A DNA stretch of 63,777 nucleotides, the filler included, from Octopus bimaculoides (taxonomy: Eukaryota), in assembly GCF_001194135.2 (NCBI RefSeq). It is 10 parts of 8 records of this genome, joined end to end, with 100 filler letters (N's around TTAATTAATTAA, not from the genome) between each part and the next. Parts side by side here need not be neighbours in the genome. Positions count along the whole stretch, not along the records: positions 10,907 to 29,848 come from NC_068989.1; 9 more parts are not named here. The stretch is one strand, 5' to 3'. Both the position numbers and the translations under genes were made by a program. Under the pieces are notes generated by a model. That model was not told where the DNA came from. It worked only from the letters and a program-made list of their open reading frames with translations, and ran no database searches. This document shows, piece by piece, positions 11,228 through 25,405 of this stretch; within the stretch, counting starts at the first letter, position 1; the number at the start of each line of letters is the position of its first letter.

Positions 11228-14200
11228 TAAGATCGGTCGTAATTCATATATAATACTATACATTTTGTTTAATGTATGTGTATGTGAATGTGCGCGTCTA
11301 CGTCCATTGCAGGTATATGTGTGTGTGTGTGAGTGTGTGTTTGTAAGTGTGTATGTGAGTGTGTGTGTGTGTGTATTACATATTACTCGTCAGGCGTTTT
11401 TTTTTTCTAGCTACTAAATGACATTTACACATTTAATTCCCAATCTATACACTTTTCCTATGTTACGTCTTATTTTCGTTTGAATCCCTTATTAGTCTGA
11501 TATTAACCACTCGCTCAGTGAATTTCAGGCATAACCATAAGCTTGTACCCCGCTGAATATGTTTATGAAAAATGAATGTTCTTCAACAGAATTTTCAACA
11601 AACGCGTTTTAGGTGGTAAAGATTGCGATTATATCAGAATTTGTTGTGAAAAACTTTTTCTGGGGTGAATGGAGTAAGGTTTCTGATTGTTCTCGCGTCT
11701 CAATTTTGTTTCCTCATAGCTTTCAGAAAATGGGTACTTTTTAATGAAATTTTCTACAAATATCTTTCAGATAGTTTAAATTACGATTATCTCGGAATGT
11801 AATGTGAAAAAAAAAAATGGGTGGGGCAGATATATCACACATTTCGACTTTGTTTCCTCATATGTTTTGATGATTTAATTGCAATTTTATTACGGGAAAA
11901 ATTACTTTCGACACCCATGCGATCCCTGCTCTTTCTAGCATACTAAATGAACACATTGAGGATGGTCCATTTTTGAGTTTATTAAATTGCGAAAGAACTA
12001 TGAATTGAATAATTAGTGCTAGCATTGTACTCTCTTTTCTACAAAGGTTTCTTTCAGGTAATTTTCGGGAAAGGGTAGAATAGACTTCAGAAGTAATTTT
12101 TTTTCAACATCTTAGCGTAAGCGTGACAAAATGTTTGCTNNNNNNNNNNNNNNNNNNNNNNNNNNNNNNNNNNNNNNNNNNNNNNNNNNNNNNNNNNNNN
12201 NNNNNNNNNNNNNNNNNNNNNNNNNNNNNNNNNNNNNNNNNNNNNNNNNNNNNNNNNNNNNNNNNNNNNNNNNNNNNNNNNNNNNNNNNNNNNNNNNNNN
12301 NNNNNNNNNNNNNNNNNNNNNNNNNNNNNNNNNNNNNNNNNNNNNNNNNNNNNNNNNNNNNNNNNNNNNNNNNNNNNNNNNNNNNNNNNNNNNNNNNNNN
12401 NNNNNNNNNNNNNNNNNNNNNNNNNNNNNNNNNNNNNNNNNNNNNNNNNNNNNNNNNNNNNNNNNNNNNNNNNNNNNNNNNNNNNNNNNNNNNNNNNNNN
12501 NNNNNNNNNNNNNNNNNNNNNNNNNNNNNNNNNNNNNNNNNNNNNNNNNNNATAAGGTAACAAATCGGACCGGGTGAATTATATGAAACACCTCGCCTTC
12601 TGCAATTATTCCCAATTGACAAAACTAAATTAAAACCACTTTTCTTATTCAGTTTGTAGTTATTCAACAACACCAACAACACCCAACAAAAATGAAAGGA
12701 TACGTTAAGTTGGCTGCTGCTGGATTAAACTTATAATTTGTAGAAAATAGCATTGCAAATATTTGAGCAACCTTTGTATCTCCAGAAGTAAAAACAGACA
12801 TTTTAAAACGCCAACCACGCGCGCGCGTATGTGTGCATCAGTTTTTTTTTTTTTGTTCTCTACGTGTCACCAGTTGTGTAAACCGTTGTGCGCTAAGTAG
12901 GTAATAAAACAACACGTGTTCTTAGAAACATCATAAAAGAGTAATTTTGAGAATGAACAGTTATTCAAACAGAGAAAATCAAAGATTTCAAATTATATCA
13001 TTTATAAAAAAAAACTTTGCAGCAGTGTCTTTATAAAGCCAATTGACTAATTGTAGAAAATGCATTATACAAAGCATCAGTGAATAAAAGTTCTTTGATT
13101 AATCACACTGGTTAGAATAAGTTGATTTTTATGCATTTTTACCTCAGCAACTGGTAGAAAATGATACTCTGTGGTTCATCATCATAATCATCATCATCGT
13201 TTAAGTCCATGAGTTGAACACCTTGATGTGATCAGGTGATTCAGGGGCCTGCAGTGTACTCCAGTGTCTGCTTTGGATGACTTGAATGGATGGACGCTCT
13301 TCCTAATGCCAGCCACTTTACAGCGTGTAGTGAGTGCTTTTGTCGTAGCACTAGCACTTGTGAGATCGCTATGCAGCCTGCAACACTAAGATGGAGATAA
13401 GTTTATGCTAGGGGATGATGAATTAAAGTATGAGAGAAGGGGGGAAGAACAGATGAGGGTAAGCAAAGTTCCACTTCTCTCATCGCTTCAAGACCCTTTT
13501 CACACATGCTGGGTGAAACGCATCTTGAAGGCATTTTGCATTAGCTCGATGTCTGCTCCGCTCATACTGCATCCACTTACATAACGGCTCTTTGGATCAG
13601 CTCTTTCAAAAAGATATTTGGTATAAGGAAGCGCATTGGTGCGTTTAGCTATTTTGCGCTTTATAATTGTAGTTTTATATATAAAACTCGCTTAAATGTA
13701 ACTGATCTTAACTGCATTTGCTGAGAATTTGAGTAATGCTGTGTGAGGTGGAATAATGCTTCTTCGGGAGAATTAAAGAACATAACTGTTAGGTGGATAT
13801 GCTTAGACTATACGGTGATTGAACCATGTTACTTTCCTGTATCATCTTGGATCTAGCGGGAATTAGTTCTGTATATCTAATCCTATCGCTAGAACTGATC
13901 TTCCTAAATGAACTATTATAATGGTGTATGACTGTCGAATATGCCTTTGTTAGAGGATAATCAGGAGATGCATCTACTGTTAACTATAAAAAGATTTAAT
14001 TTTGGATGATTGAAGACTAAATTCCCCCTATTGTCTTTTGCGGTGCAGGTAATTAGGTCACTACTCTCAATTATCCCTCCCCCGACTATAACCTCTACTA
14101 ACTTCAATTCTAGTAGGTTCAATGCCACACAGACATTTTTCTAAACTCATTCTGTCAAAGAAATAGGAACAGGATCAATTTAAATATTTTGAACTCCATT

Positions 14201-17200
14201 GGTGAAGCGAATATGTTAAAGCAGTTGGTTTGTTCTTTGCATTTGAAGTCTATGCAGTCATCTCATGAAAACGGTTTCTTTTGCAATAATATAGTGTGTT
14301 CATTATTCAATTGAAGGAGTCGTTTGAAACGACCATAATGAATTGACACCTATTCATCTTTGTTACTTATTTCAATATATTTATCATTTAATGTAAACTA
14401 TTAAAGTAAGACCTTCCAATAATTTACTTTCATAGAGTCTAGATTAAACAATATTTAACTCTCACTGCATTGGACCCGGGTGCCTTCCTGAAATAAAGCA
14501 AAATTTTTAGTCGTTGTTCTCACAACAGAAATTTCGTTTTGGAAAAGTGGTTTGCCTTTTTTCAGAGTAGAGAACAGAAAATATTGCGCAGGCACAGCTG
14601 ACCCCACTCGGCTACATCAAGCAATATACAATAGGAGGAGTCTTCTTTCCTCCGAGAAATATCATTTCGCTTCGCTTTTCTTCACCATAAGCTAACCAGA
14701 ACAGTATATTCACCGCCATTATTAATGAGGCAACGTGCTTTCAGTCATCACATCTGAAGTGTTGTCGGTATTGCCTAGTGCACTAGTAGACACGAAACAA
14801 ATGATAATTTTCTGACTGGTTATATGCCATAACCAGGAAAATACTACTCTACAATATAAAAGTGTAACCACTCAAATTCTATTTTAGAGTGTGCTGTGTG
14901 TGGTAGAAATGTCTAACAGCTGGTCTAGACCTTAGGTAGCTAAATTTTACAGGTCATCATTGTTTATGTCAGTTCCTATTAGGAGCCACTACTCTCGTAC
15001 ACCAGTGCTTGTACGTGCAATTCTGGCTTGATTCATACGAGATGTCTTTCCTATCAACGACCACTTTATACAGTAACCGAGTGTATTTTCTAGTGGCACC
15101 AGCACTAGAGAGGTAATCGAGCCCTCCTTGGTGAGACACAACTAAAGGAACCTTTAAGCCAGCATTGAGCAAAAGAGCACCGCATAATACATGGATCATC
15201 AGTCCTACAAAAAGTGTTAAAAATTTCAAACTAATTCTTTTGAAAGCCCTGCAGGCCTCAGTTTGCATATGTCTGCTCTGAACGCTCACACCTTCGCCTC
15301 CACTTTACAATGTGTATTGATTATCTGCTTCTGATCAAGAAATACAAGAAAGACTAGAAAATTTAATTACATTAACATTAATTTACTGTACAAAGTCCGC
15401 TCTTTGTCATTTAGGTGACCAGTCCTGGCATGTTTGGACTTTCTTAAACCTGATCAGCAGAACAATCTAACAAATTAGCGGAGTCGCGAGATGGTTGGAT
15501 AAAATGCCTTGAAGTATTTCTTCTGACTTTGCGCTCTGAGTTCAAATTCCGCCGAGATTGAGTTCACTTTTCATTCGGGATCAATAATAAATTACCAATC
15601 CAAAACGATGCATTGATTGGACTATAACAATGTCGGACCAGATGTCTTGCGGTATTCGCTCTGTCTCTTGGCGTCCTGAGTTCAAATCCCACCATGGTCT
15701 ATTTGAGTGGTAGACATGCTCCATTGTCTTGTTTAACACCACTACCTGTTACTTTGGTTCTTTTTAACGGAATCCAGTCTGTTGCAAACAGTCAAGCTAG
15801 GTTTATAGTTTGAGGATAACTTCTTCCCTCCTTTCCACCAGTCCCAAATGCCTTGTCATGGGCGCAGTCTTCCTTCCTGACTGACATAAAAAAATAATGA
15901 AAGCAATTACTGCCAGATCTGTGAGTAACAAAAGAATCTGGGATTTTCATGAATAAACACTGAGCAGAATGTAAGCTTAAAATAAAGATTGGAGAAATAT
16001 ACCCAGGCACATCTGCTGCATGAAAAATACTGAACTAGAGTGGCGCGAAGAAGTGTTGAATTAAATGTATGTACATAATCATATTTAACACGTTCATATA
16101 CACTTGGACGTGAGAAGACCATTCACTTCAGAAAAGTCTCGAGAAACTACTCCTCGTAGACAATTTGTGCGAAAACATATAGGGCTATGAATTACGTCAT
16201 TGGATCCAAGGACGCAATCTTTATGCACATCAATGAATGTATTATTTGTGGTTCTTTTATATGAAAATACCTGTCCTTATAGGGTTGTGAAACGCTGATT
16301 CAGTATTCGTAACTGATGAAGCATAACGACTTATAAATGCATGCGTTTTCCATCCAATGACACTATTCATAACCCAATGTATTTTCACATATATGGTCTA
16401 CGAGAATTTTCTTCTGGGATTATTTCTGCAAAAGACTTCCCTATGTTCCAGAGTACACGGACGTATTAAATATCATTGTACACACACATATGTAATATCA
16501 AACTGACTGGTAAGAAATATGAAATGTAGTGAGCCAAGAAATATTCGTTCATTAATTCAAATTACACCCATAATAAAAAGAAATAGTCATGATCTTAATT
16601 AATGATTCTGGTCAAAACAAGGTAGGAGAGACGCCTATAGAATTATATTTAATTAAATATAGACAGCAGTGTGAAGTGTAATTTTTGTCAGTATGGTGAC
16701 AACGTTAGATATGTTTCTGTTTTATTAAATCTCATTAGTGAAACAATTTAACTGCTATTGCCATACACAGCTTATTGCTACGTGAAACACCATATCGACA
16801 CCAATTTTCTTTAATCTTTGTCAAATCCCGTTTTTTTAAAATAGTTTAATTGGCAGAATCACTTGAATGCTGGATGTTCTGACACTCTGTGCACTGAGTT
16901 CAAATCCTGTAATGATGAACTTTGTCTTTCATCCTTTCGGGGTCAATAAAAATAATGTAAATCCAGGAGTATAGGTTAGCAGATCCATTAGAATACAAGA
17001 CAAGATACTTTGTAATATTTGTTTTGGCTCCATGCATAATGGGTTAAAATTCTGCCCCTCTCAACAAAAAGGTGATACTTCAATCAAGAATTGCAGCCAA
17101 CACGTAGTATTAGCAATTTGAAAACAATAAAAAAAAAAAGAAAATGGAAACAATTTCTTCTGTTCCATCAGAAGATCAATTGCCACCACCACCACCACCA

Positions 17201-18099
17201 CACAAAATCGCTGCCAGTCAGCGATATGTCTCATTGGCAACTAATCCTTAAGCAGACACCAAACTTGGAGATTTAAAGGACTATTCTTAAAGTATTGTGG
17301 GAGGAGAGTGCAACTGAGGTACTGGTTTATGAAGAGATGAGAGCAGAATATAAAGAACGCTTGAAGAGTAAGGTACTGGGAACAAAATCATACCATTAGT
17401 ATATTGGCAACTGTACAAGATCTATCAGGAGAAATGATCCCATCCTTACTCTTTTTAACACCCAAGTTGCATTCATGAACTGTAACATGCATATAGAAAT
17501 AAAAAGTCAGAGTTACGGTGAGTCCTGATAAAACCCAAGTAACTGCTTCGCGCATATGAACGGGGCAGTTACCCCAATTTGTTTTCTTGTGTATTTTAAA
17601 TTATATCCTTTTTAATATACATAACCATTTAATTATTTTGAGTAACTTTAACATTTTAACAAGTCTTAACATAGTGAAATGTCTCTGCCCCATTCTTCAT
17701 TTCTATATAACTTTGTATGGATATTCCCACATGCTTTTATATCCCCTCTGTCACAAGTATATCTGTCAACATACACATTTCCATCCTGGTAAGAGTCAAA
17801 CAATTTATCAAGCAAGGTTTTTTTACAGCTAAATGCTTTTCTTGCCACCAACCCTCACTTGTTTCCTAGTAAGAAGCAACTTCCTCTGACATTTGAACAA
17901 TGAACAGCTCAGTAGTCATACATGTTTCTGCAGCAGATTGTAAACAAAATTCTGCATTCAGATACCCACTAGGGTGACTTTGCCTTTCATCCTTTTAAGG
18001 TCAATAAGTGCCAACTGAGCACTGTAATTGAAAAATCCCTCCACCCCACCCCATCCCATCAGATTCCTGACATTGTATCCAAAATTTGAAACATTTCTT

Positions 18100-18350
18100 T
18101 ATACCTCCTCACAGTTTCGAAAAAAGTTGTTTCAATTTCTTTTACGGTTTCTCCATCAGGTCTGAGACCTCAAGCAGAGAGAACTTTCTCAGGATACAAG
18201 CAGTGCCAAATAAGGTAGTTTCTAGTAGTGCTGACAACATTTGATTTTAAGCTGGTCAAGTTTCTTCGAGACAGATCCCTTGTGCTCCTACCACAACAAG
18301 AATAACTTTAGTAGCGGTGTTCCACATTCTTTCTAGATTCACTTTCAACT
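18100..18350 (-). mobile_element. Dong/R4-type LINE 3' fragment, degraded
   Basis: ERMWNTATKVILVVVGAQG...VSKKL resembles the endonuclease C-terminal MW...VIPVVVGALG motif. Confidence 0.55.
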
Positions 18351-19444
18351 TTGCATAGTTTAATCTTTTACTCGTTTCAATCATTAGACTGTGGCCATGC
18401 TGGGGCACCACCTAGGTAATCTTTTCAGCTTCATTATGAACACCTAGAACTGCTACATCAATAATGAAAGATTCATGGGGACCCTTGAACTACTAATATG
18501 ATGTCTGTTCATCTAAGATTGATCCTTGACCATTTATATAATAAAGTCCTACAGAATTTTAGTGCTGCCATTTTTTTACGACTGGCTCTGTCCTGTGATC
18601 ACACCATTTCTCATCCATAGAGGCTTACATAGTCTTCATTGAACATACTGACTCATTTTGCAGTAGCTGGCCTTGTATTCACTTTGTGCAAGTACCCCAC
18701 ATACACTGAAAAAGTGTGTAAAATACTACTATATGTCTCTATTTTCTAACTTCAAACTCTGCCAGAATAAACAAAAACAACATTGAAAATATAACTTCCA
18801 ACTGAGATGAGATATATAACAGGATAGATTTTATTTGTCAACTCTCTAAGTAATTGACAGAAGTGTATAAAATCAACTTTATCTTTTCCATTGCAAGATA
18901 ATAAAGTACTTTTATGCCTAATGGAAATGAATTATCGTCTCTGACTCAACAGAAATCAAACAATACTGAATTTTGTTTCATTAATCAAGACAAACATCAA
19001 AATAAATATGTGTGAGGTGGGAGGTTCTACATGGTTGAATGACTTGCTAGACACAGCAGCCAAACTCTTTCAAATCACTCTCTACCATCTTGAAAAAAAA
19101 ATGGGGAAGACACATTGGACAATGCAGTCCTAGATATACAAAAAGACAAGATGGTCATGGCTGGAATGCATTTGATTAGAGTTGATGTGGGGTTAAATAA
19201 CAACACTGAATAAAATACATAAAAGTTGCATATTTCAGTTCCATATAAAAATACGGATTAACAGAGAGAGAGAGAGAGAGGAGGAAATAAGAAGTCCTTA
19301 AAATGGATGTAAGAAACAGAAAATATGTCCAAGATGATACGAAGTTTGATTTAAAGTCACAGATTCACAATTTATTATGTATTGTTGATTTGTAACTAAT
19401 TCAATGGAAAATATCACTGGATCCCTTTACTTTCAAACATCTTA

Positions 19445-19560
19445 CCTGCATTATCACTTTAATATTACCAGACTTGCATCTCAATTACATTATCACTTTA
19501 ATATTACTAAATTCATCTGCATTGTCACTTTAATATTATTAAACTGATATCTCAACTAAA
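19445..19560. repeat. Three-copy cattatcactttaatatta tandem repeat
   Basis: Three visible copies spaced about 30-40 bp apart. Confidence 0.8.
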
Positions 19561-19849
19561 CATATGAATCATCTTTAAGTGTAAAATTTATAAAATAAAG
19601 AATAGCCTAAACAATATCATACAGTATAAACTCAAACAGGTTGAAATCTTTCTAATTAGGAACTGATACTGAATAAAATGATTGTGTCACCATAAATAAA
19701 CAGAACAATGTTACAAAAACACTTCACTCAGCAAACAATGTCACTAAATCATGTTTAAAACAACCTTGCCATAACTCTTTCAATCTCCAAAGGTTCCCGA
19801 CATGGGTCAGATCGTAGCAGGGACCCAGTAAAATTTGAAATAAAACAAG

Positions 19850-22524
19850 GGTTTATTAGTTAACATAGTCACATATGACAGTAATAACCTACAGAAAGTT
19901 ATGTAGAGAAAGTCATGTATCTTTGACCCTCTCTTTAACGTCAATATTTACACAAGTGGGTTCTTTTTATTTATTAAACTCAGAAAGCAAAATTGGAAAT
20001 ATTAAAAAAAAAAAAATGAAAAGTTAAAAATAACAGTGGATTCTAAATGTGTGAATATTTCAGTAAAAATTTCTTTGTTGTTTTTTTTTTGTTTCTTAAG
20101 ATCAGTAGAAAAATAACTCTCACAAAGTTTGGATATTAAAATCATTTGTCATTTGTCCCCTGGAAATAGCAGTTATTGCCTTAACCAGCATGGATTAACA
20201 CAGCAATGTAATGTTATTGGAGTTGTAACATCTACTGATATAATAATGAATCTTGTCACATTAGAAAAATGAAGAAAAAAAAAAAAAAGAAAACAGTCCA
20301 TTATAAAAATTGGAAAGGTATTAAAATGTGAAATAGTCATACATTATCATTTTGTACAATTATGTTCAGCTTCCATCAGAGAGAAGCAACAATATTATCA
20401 TTATTGTTGTTGTCGTCATTATTATTATTATTATTATTATACAAGAACAACTCAGTGTGTTCAGAAAACACAGCCAACTTTGGAAGAATGGACATTTTTC
20501 TTTCTTTCTTTTTTTGCTTTTGTTTTTTGTTGTTTTTGTTTTTCTGGTTTTTCTGGGGGGCTTTTTTTTATTTTTTTTTGTATGCATTATTTTTCAGTGA
20601 CTGAGCTGACTATTGAAGTGGAGTTAATTCTGAAATTGCATGCATGCAACACTTTGTAGTCAGACATAGTCAAATGATTAAAGTGAATAATATTGCACTT
20701 GGTTTGGAAATACAATCAGACAACATTTAACTGTTTATAGATTGTGGGGTGAAATTAATCTATAAAGGTCATGTTAAGAGAACCTTCATAATAATCAAAC
20801 AAGACAAACCCCATAACAATTATAAGGGGCACAGATAAAGTTACAGTGAAAATAAGTTTAAGGTATGTGTAATGTGAAATATGCTCATAACTATTTCAGG
20901 TACTATAGAAATATTCTGTACAAGTGTAAGAGTATAAATAATATTCAGTTGTCTTAAATACATGTATTGTTCTATTTTTAATTAAGTTGAATATTCTAAT
21001 GAGTAAACTATAAAATTACAATGGAGACGGAGACCAGTTTAGAGGTGGTTTTTTTTTTTTTAAATGTCAACTTTGTTTTCAAATATTTCAAACAATACCG
21101 AAGTGCCTATTTGGCAGAAAAGAATTTCAGCACAAACAGGAAAGAAATATTTTGAATGAAATTTTATCATTTTACTTTAGTAATTTTTCTTTTCACAATC
21201 AACTCATTCCTAACGATCCTTTTCTCTCCATTAATCAGCTTGTTTGTTTAAACACTTGTTCAGGCTTTCATTTCTTTTCAAAAAATAAAACAAAATAGTT
21301 TATCATTATTTTTTTTTTCTGTCATTGCTTTTTAAAAAATATGAACTGATACATTATTGTACACGCACACACACACACACACACACAGAGGCATATGTGT
21401 TATCTGCTCAAACAATAACCACTTCTATTAATATGGTCTTGCCAGTTAGAACAGTTAACAATAGAAAAAGAAAAATACCACAAAGACAACAGAAATTTCA
21501 AAGATAAAAAAAATTCCAATTGAGGAAAAAAAACAAAAAAAAACAAGTGTGTTGTTGTTCAAAAAGCACAGCAGATCAAAAAAAAAAACATTTATTTCTT
21601 TTCTTTCACAATCAAAAATTCTTGTGTTATGTTGTTAAATTAAGTGTGAGGTATTTTTTTTTCTTTTACCTATTGCTTTTTAGAAATGTTGGTATCAAAT
21701 TATTGAATATTTAATTTTATTTAACAAATTTTATTTTGTTTAGTTTAAATTTTTTTTCTTTTGTTTCTTGCAAAGAATTTTAAATATATAAATAAGTTGC
21801 AGAATAAATATTTTAGGGAAATGAAATAATAAATAAATGATTAGAGAATGATGAAAAATATTAGAGTTGGTGACAGAGAGGGAGAGTCGGGGTGACTGAC
21901 AGGTTTATTTGGTGTAATAGGGTGATAAGGGTTATTTCTTGAAACAGAAATATGTGAATATAGCTTCATGGGTGAACTGACATAGGTGGTTACAGTAAAA
22001 ATATGGTTAACAGTGAGGAAAGAGGAACTTCAGATCGGTGAAGGGAGATAAAATATTTTAGATAAAAATTGAAGGGTCATTTGAAAATAACAATGAGTAG
22101 AGAGAGTGAAAAGACTAGAAAGTCATAAAGGTTGGTTAAAAAGAAAGCTGAGTGAAATGTAAACTTAGGAAGATGTTCTTGATGAAGAAAGTTTTGAAGA
22201 ATTTTTGTTACAAATGAATGAAAATCGAATGAAGTAAGGGGAGGGAGTGATTATCTGCACATTGATCAATCCTGTGCTATTGTTTGGGATAATTCCAAAC
22301 TAGCAACAGTGAAAGAAAGCAGTCACATAAGGCATCTCTCCACACACAAACAAACAAACACAGAGAGAGAGAGAGAGATGAAGCTCGTAGTAAAAGCCAT
22401 CTCAGGCAGGTTTCATAAATGTTTTAATCAGGCAGGTTTACCAAAAATGGCAGTATTTGGTGGCAGCAGTAATTGAAGAGGATATGGTAAAAAAAGGTAG
22501 AAAGATGTCATAACATCGACGTCT
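19850..22524 (-). other. Probable long U-rich 3' UTR of the KIAA0825-like gene
   Basis: Follows the stop codon, lacks SINEs, and shows strong strand asymmetry (A-runs on plus = U-runs in mRNA). AATAAA occurs on minus near 19853-19858 and 19967-19972. The end point is uncertain. Confidence 0.35.
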
Positions 22525-22719
22525 TTAACGGTGATCACTGGTGTCATAGTCCAATAACAGTCGCAGTTCTTCAACTGACTTCCGTTCATGTTCCTCCAAG
22601 TGAGCACCTTCTTGGAGTTCATGCCTATTCAAAAGCAGTGTCCTAACCCCATATATGCTTAAACCAAGGTCCCGGAACAGAAGGTCACCCCAGTCACAGT
22701 CAAATTTGTTGATTTTTTC
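22525..22719 (-). CDS. KIAA0825: KIAA0825-like protein, terminal coding exon (EKINKFDCDWGDLLFRDLGLSIYGVRTLLLNRHELQEGAHLEEHERKSVEELRLLLDYDTSDHR*)
   Basis: Acceptor ttttttttatag|GAA, 195 nt open to TAA, phase 0 matching the upstream exon. The peptide resembles the recalled C-terminus of vertebrate KIAA0825 (LDQ..I..W.W.W..LL...L......LL.NR.E......LEE.E....E.L). Identity is from memory, not a search. Confidence 0.8.
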   Translation of the reverse strand, partial: EKINKFDCDWGDLLFRDLGLSIYGVRTLLLNRHELQEGAHLEEHERKSVEELRLLLDYDTSDHR

Positions 22720-23732
22720 CTATAAAAAAAAGCAAAATATTAAAAGAATAAACTTTTAAATAAAAAGGAAATATTTTTGATAGTATAAATAAAAAAATTC
22801 ATATTTAATTACAGTTTCTTTAAATGTTTTACAAAAATAGAAAGGAAGAAAAAATACGATCTTTTCTCTCATGGACTCTGCAAATGGAAGGAAGCAACTG
22901 CCATGATTGGATATAAATTTATTAACATCATCATCATTTACTGTCCGTTGTCCATGCTGGCATGGATCGGACAGCGTGACCAAGGCTGGCAGGCTGAGGG
23001 GCTGCACCAGACTCCACTCTCTGTTCTGGCATGGTTTCTATAGCTGGATGCCCTTCCTGATGCCAACCAGAATGTGCTGGATACTTTTACGTGGCACCAC
23101 AAAGGCGCTTTTATGTGGCANNNNNNNNNNGGCACTGCACAGTCGCTTTTACGCAACACTGCCATGAGTGCTTTACACAACCAAACCGATCGGTCTAAAC
23201 ACTTCTGCTGCAGAGTACAGGTCTTCTTCAGTATAGCCAGGCACCAGGTATCTCAGTGCTTTGTTATCTTGACTAAATGGTTCAGCTTCCTGAGGTTGTT
23301 ATCAGTACTTCATCTCACGCACACACACACATGTATGACAGGCTTCTTTCAGTTTTCATCTGCCAAATCCACTCACAAGGCTTTGGTCAGCCTGAAGCTA
23401 TAGCTTCTCAGCCTTATGGCTAAGATCAATATCTAATCCTGAAGCTATAGCAGAAGACACTTGGCCAAGGTGCGACACTGTGAAACTGAACCCAGAACCA
23501 TGTGGTTGGAAAGCAACGACAAGGTTCTTTCAGTTTTTGTCAATCAAATTCACTCACAAAGCTTTGGTCAGCTGGGACAACAGTAAAAGACATTTTCCCA
23601 AGGTCTCATACAGTGAAATTGAAACTGAAATCCCTGCCATTGTTGGGAAACAAGCTTCTTAACCATGCAACCAGGCCGACCTGAGATCTTTTTTCAAACA
23701 TCCACAATGAAATAAAAGAAATGGTAACCTAC

Positions 23733-23935
23733 TTGATCTAGTTTGCTGTTGCCAATCTCATCAAAAGAATTGAGGGGGTTGAAGGAAGGCGGCGGTACTG
23801 GTGAGAAATTAATCATAAAATTTGTAGATAAACTAATATTTGTCCGCGGCAGACTAGTCTGGATATTGAGCTGATTCTCAAGCCAATCAACATTGTGTAC
23901 AATCAACCAATAAACATCGGCTAGACAATTCATAC
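23733..23935 (-). CDS. KIAA0825: KIAA0825-like exon (G/MNCLADVYWLIVHNVDWLENQLNIQ...PPPSFNPLNSFDEIGNSKLDQ)
   Basis: Acceptor tttttattcgcacag|, donor CAA|gtaggt, 203 nt, phase 1 to 0. Contains an FNP motif and an L..Y....N...L..QL motif as in recalled KIAA0825. Confidence 0.85.
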
Positions 23936-25174
23936 CTGTGCGAATAAAAAATAAAAAGAAAGGCTTTAGAAGGAAATTACAAATATTGTCGATATCCTTT
24001 CATACCCCACACCCTCACAAACCTACCCACCCAGCCAATTGTGATTCCCTGTCCCTATTCTCTCTATTTCTATCTTCTTGTACCTTAAGGGTATGCCCTG
24101 ATACCTCATCTTCACTACCTTTTCTCCCTTTCCAGCTGGAAGAAAGTAAAACTGAAGGGATCAAGGTCAAACCTTGCTTACATAACTCCAAATGTACTAC
24201 CTTTTGGCATGCAAGCGCTGAAAGCAGTGCAGCCAACTTAAAGAAAATCTTGGTGAAAGTGCAGGTAACTTTTGACTTTCCCTAGTATCTTGGAACATTT
24301 TAATCACTTATATAAGCATACAACTACAAATGTACAGAGATGGGAAATGACATTTTTTTTTATTCCTACTCTCCCATTCATCATATGACCAACAATAGCA
24401 CAAACAATGGAGGTTTCGGTAAAGGAATTAACTATTAGAACTATACAGACAATGGAAGAAGAGAGAGAATGGAGTAAGACATTGAAAAAAGGCTAGTGAG
24501 CTAAAATTATCCATTTAGCTAAAAAGAAACTTAAAAAACCACATTTTGATGAAAATATTAAAATGGAATTTTGAAGAATTTTGTGGACAATGTATCATCA
24601 CCATCATCATCATCATCATTTAACATCTACTTTCCATGCAGGTATGGATTGAATGGCTTGACAGGAAATGCCATGGAATGGCCAGGAGACCACTCCAGGT
24701 TCCATGGTTTGTTTTGGTTTGGTTTACAGCTGGCTGCCTTTCTTAATGCCAACCATTTTACAAAGTGTACTGGGTGCTTTTTATGTGGCACCATCATCAA
24801 TACTTTTTACATCACGCCTGCACCAGTGCATTTTACATGGCACCTTGGTTTTAAGATCTCAATTCTGTTGTGGTCAGCAGGTCTTCTTGAGTACAGCAGT
24901 GCACCACATATCTTGTTCCCCTGTCATCTCCTACATAAGGCTCAGCATTTTGAGATGGAAAAATCACATAAATTTAACTAACTAATAAGCAGTATTCTCC
25001 ATTTGGTTATAGATGTCGTATTTCCTGATATTACCCATGGTGGAAAAAGTATAGTTCTGAAGTTACCAGTCTGAAGACAGATGACACTCTTGTATGTGTA
25101 TAATATATATATCAAAGGATTTTCATTCCCTCTTTCTTTCTGCATCTCTCACACATATACATTAAAATCACTAC

Positions 25175-25278
25175 CTGTAGGACACCCAAAAAGTTCATTA
25201 GCAGCAGCTTGGTAATATTCTTCAGCAAAATCTGATATTGTATTTTCTGGCATATGACGTGGAGTAGAATAACTGGAG
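25175..25278 (-). CDS. KIAA0825: KIAA0825-like exon (SSYSTPRHMPENTISDFAEEYYQAAANELFGCPT)
   Basis: Acceptor tttacttttccacag|, donor CAG|gtagtg, 104 nt, phase 2 to 1. Only this frame continues through the next exon. Confidence 0.8.
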
Positions 25279-25398
25279 CTGTGGAAAAGTAAACAAGATA
25301 TGGCATCTCAGTATAGACTATATTTTAACTGATATAACAACCACAAAAAAACATCATCACAAGCAGCAACATTATAATCATCAACATCAACACAATAC

Positions 25399-25405
25399 AC
25401 AGTGA
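25399..25405 (-). CDS. KIAA0825: Candidate 7-nt micro-exon (TCACTGT) of the KIAA0825-like gene
   Basis: Strong acceptor ttttctttctatcacag|, weak donor |gtattg. It restores the frame after the 20-nt exon. Inferred from phase arithmetic only. Confidence 0.3.

Noticed and set aside
6604-12682. Long ORFs containing X runs (also near 33-36 kb and 51-54 kb)
   Set aside because: They span N gaps and dinucleotide repeats and are not evidence of coding.
16706-16738. Hammerhead-like string on minus (CUAAUGA-G...GAAAC-AUAU-CUA)
   Set aside because: G5 is mutated, stem III is mismatched and no stem I pairing exists; at most a dead remnant.
17276-17375. Exon-like plus-strand stretch TILKVLWEESATEVLVYEEMRAEYKERLKSK
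   Set aside because: It better resembles a decayed Dong/R4 RT segment (EM...EY..RL.SK..G.NKI), and there are no partner exons.
24015-24285. Overlapping 115-aa (+) and 73-aa (-) ORFs in an intron
   Set aside because: No consistent splice phases with the gene model and no recognisable family.
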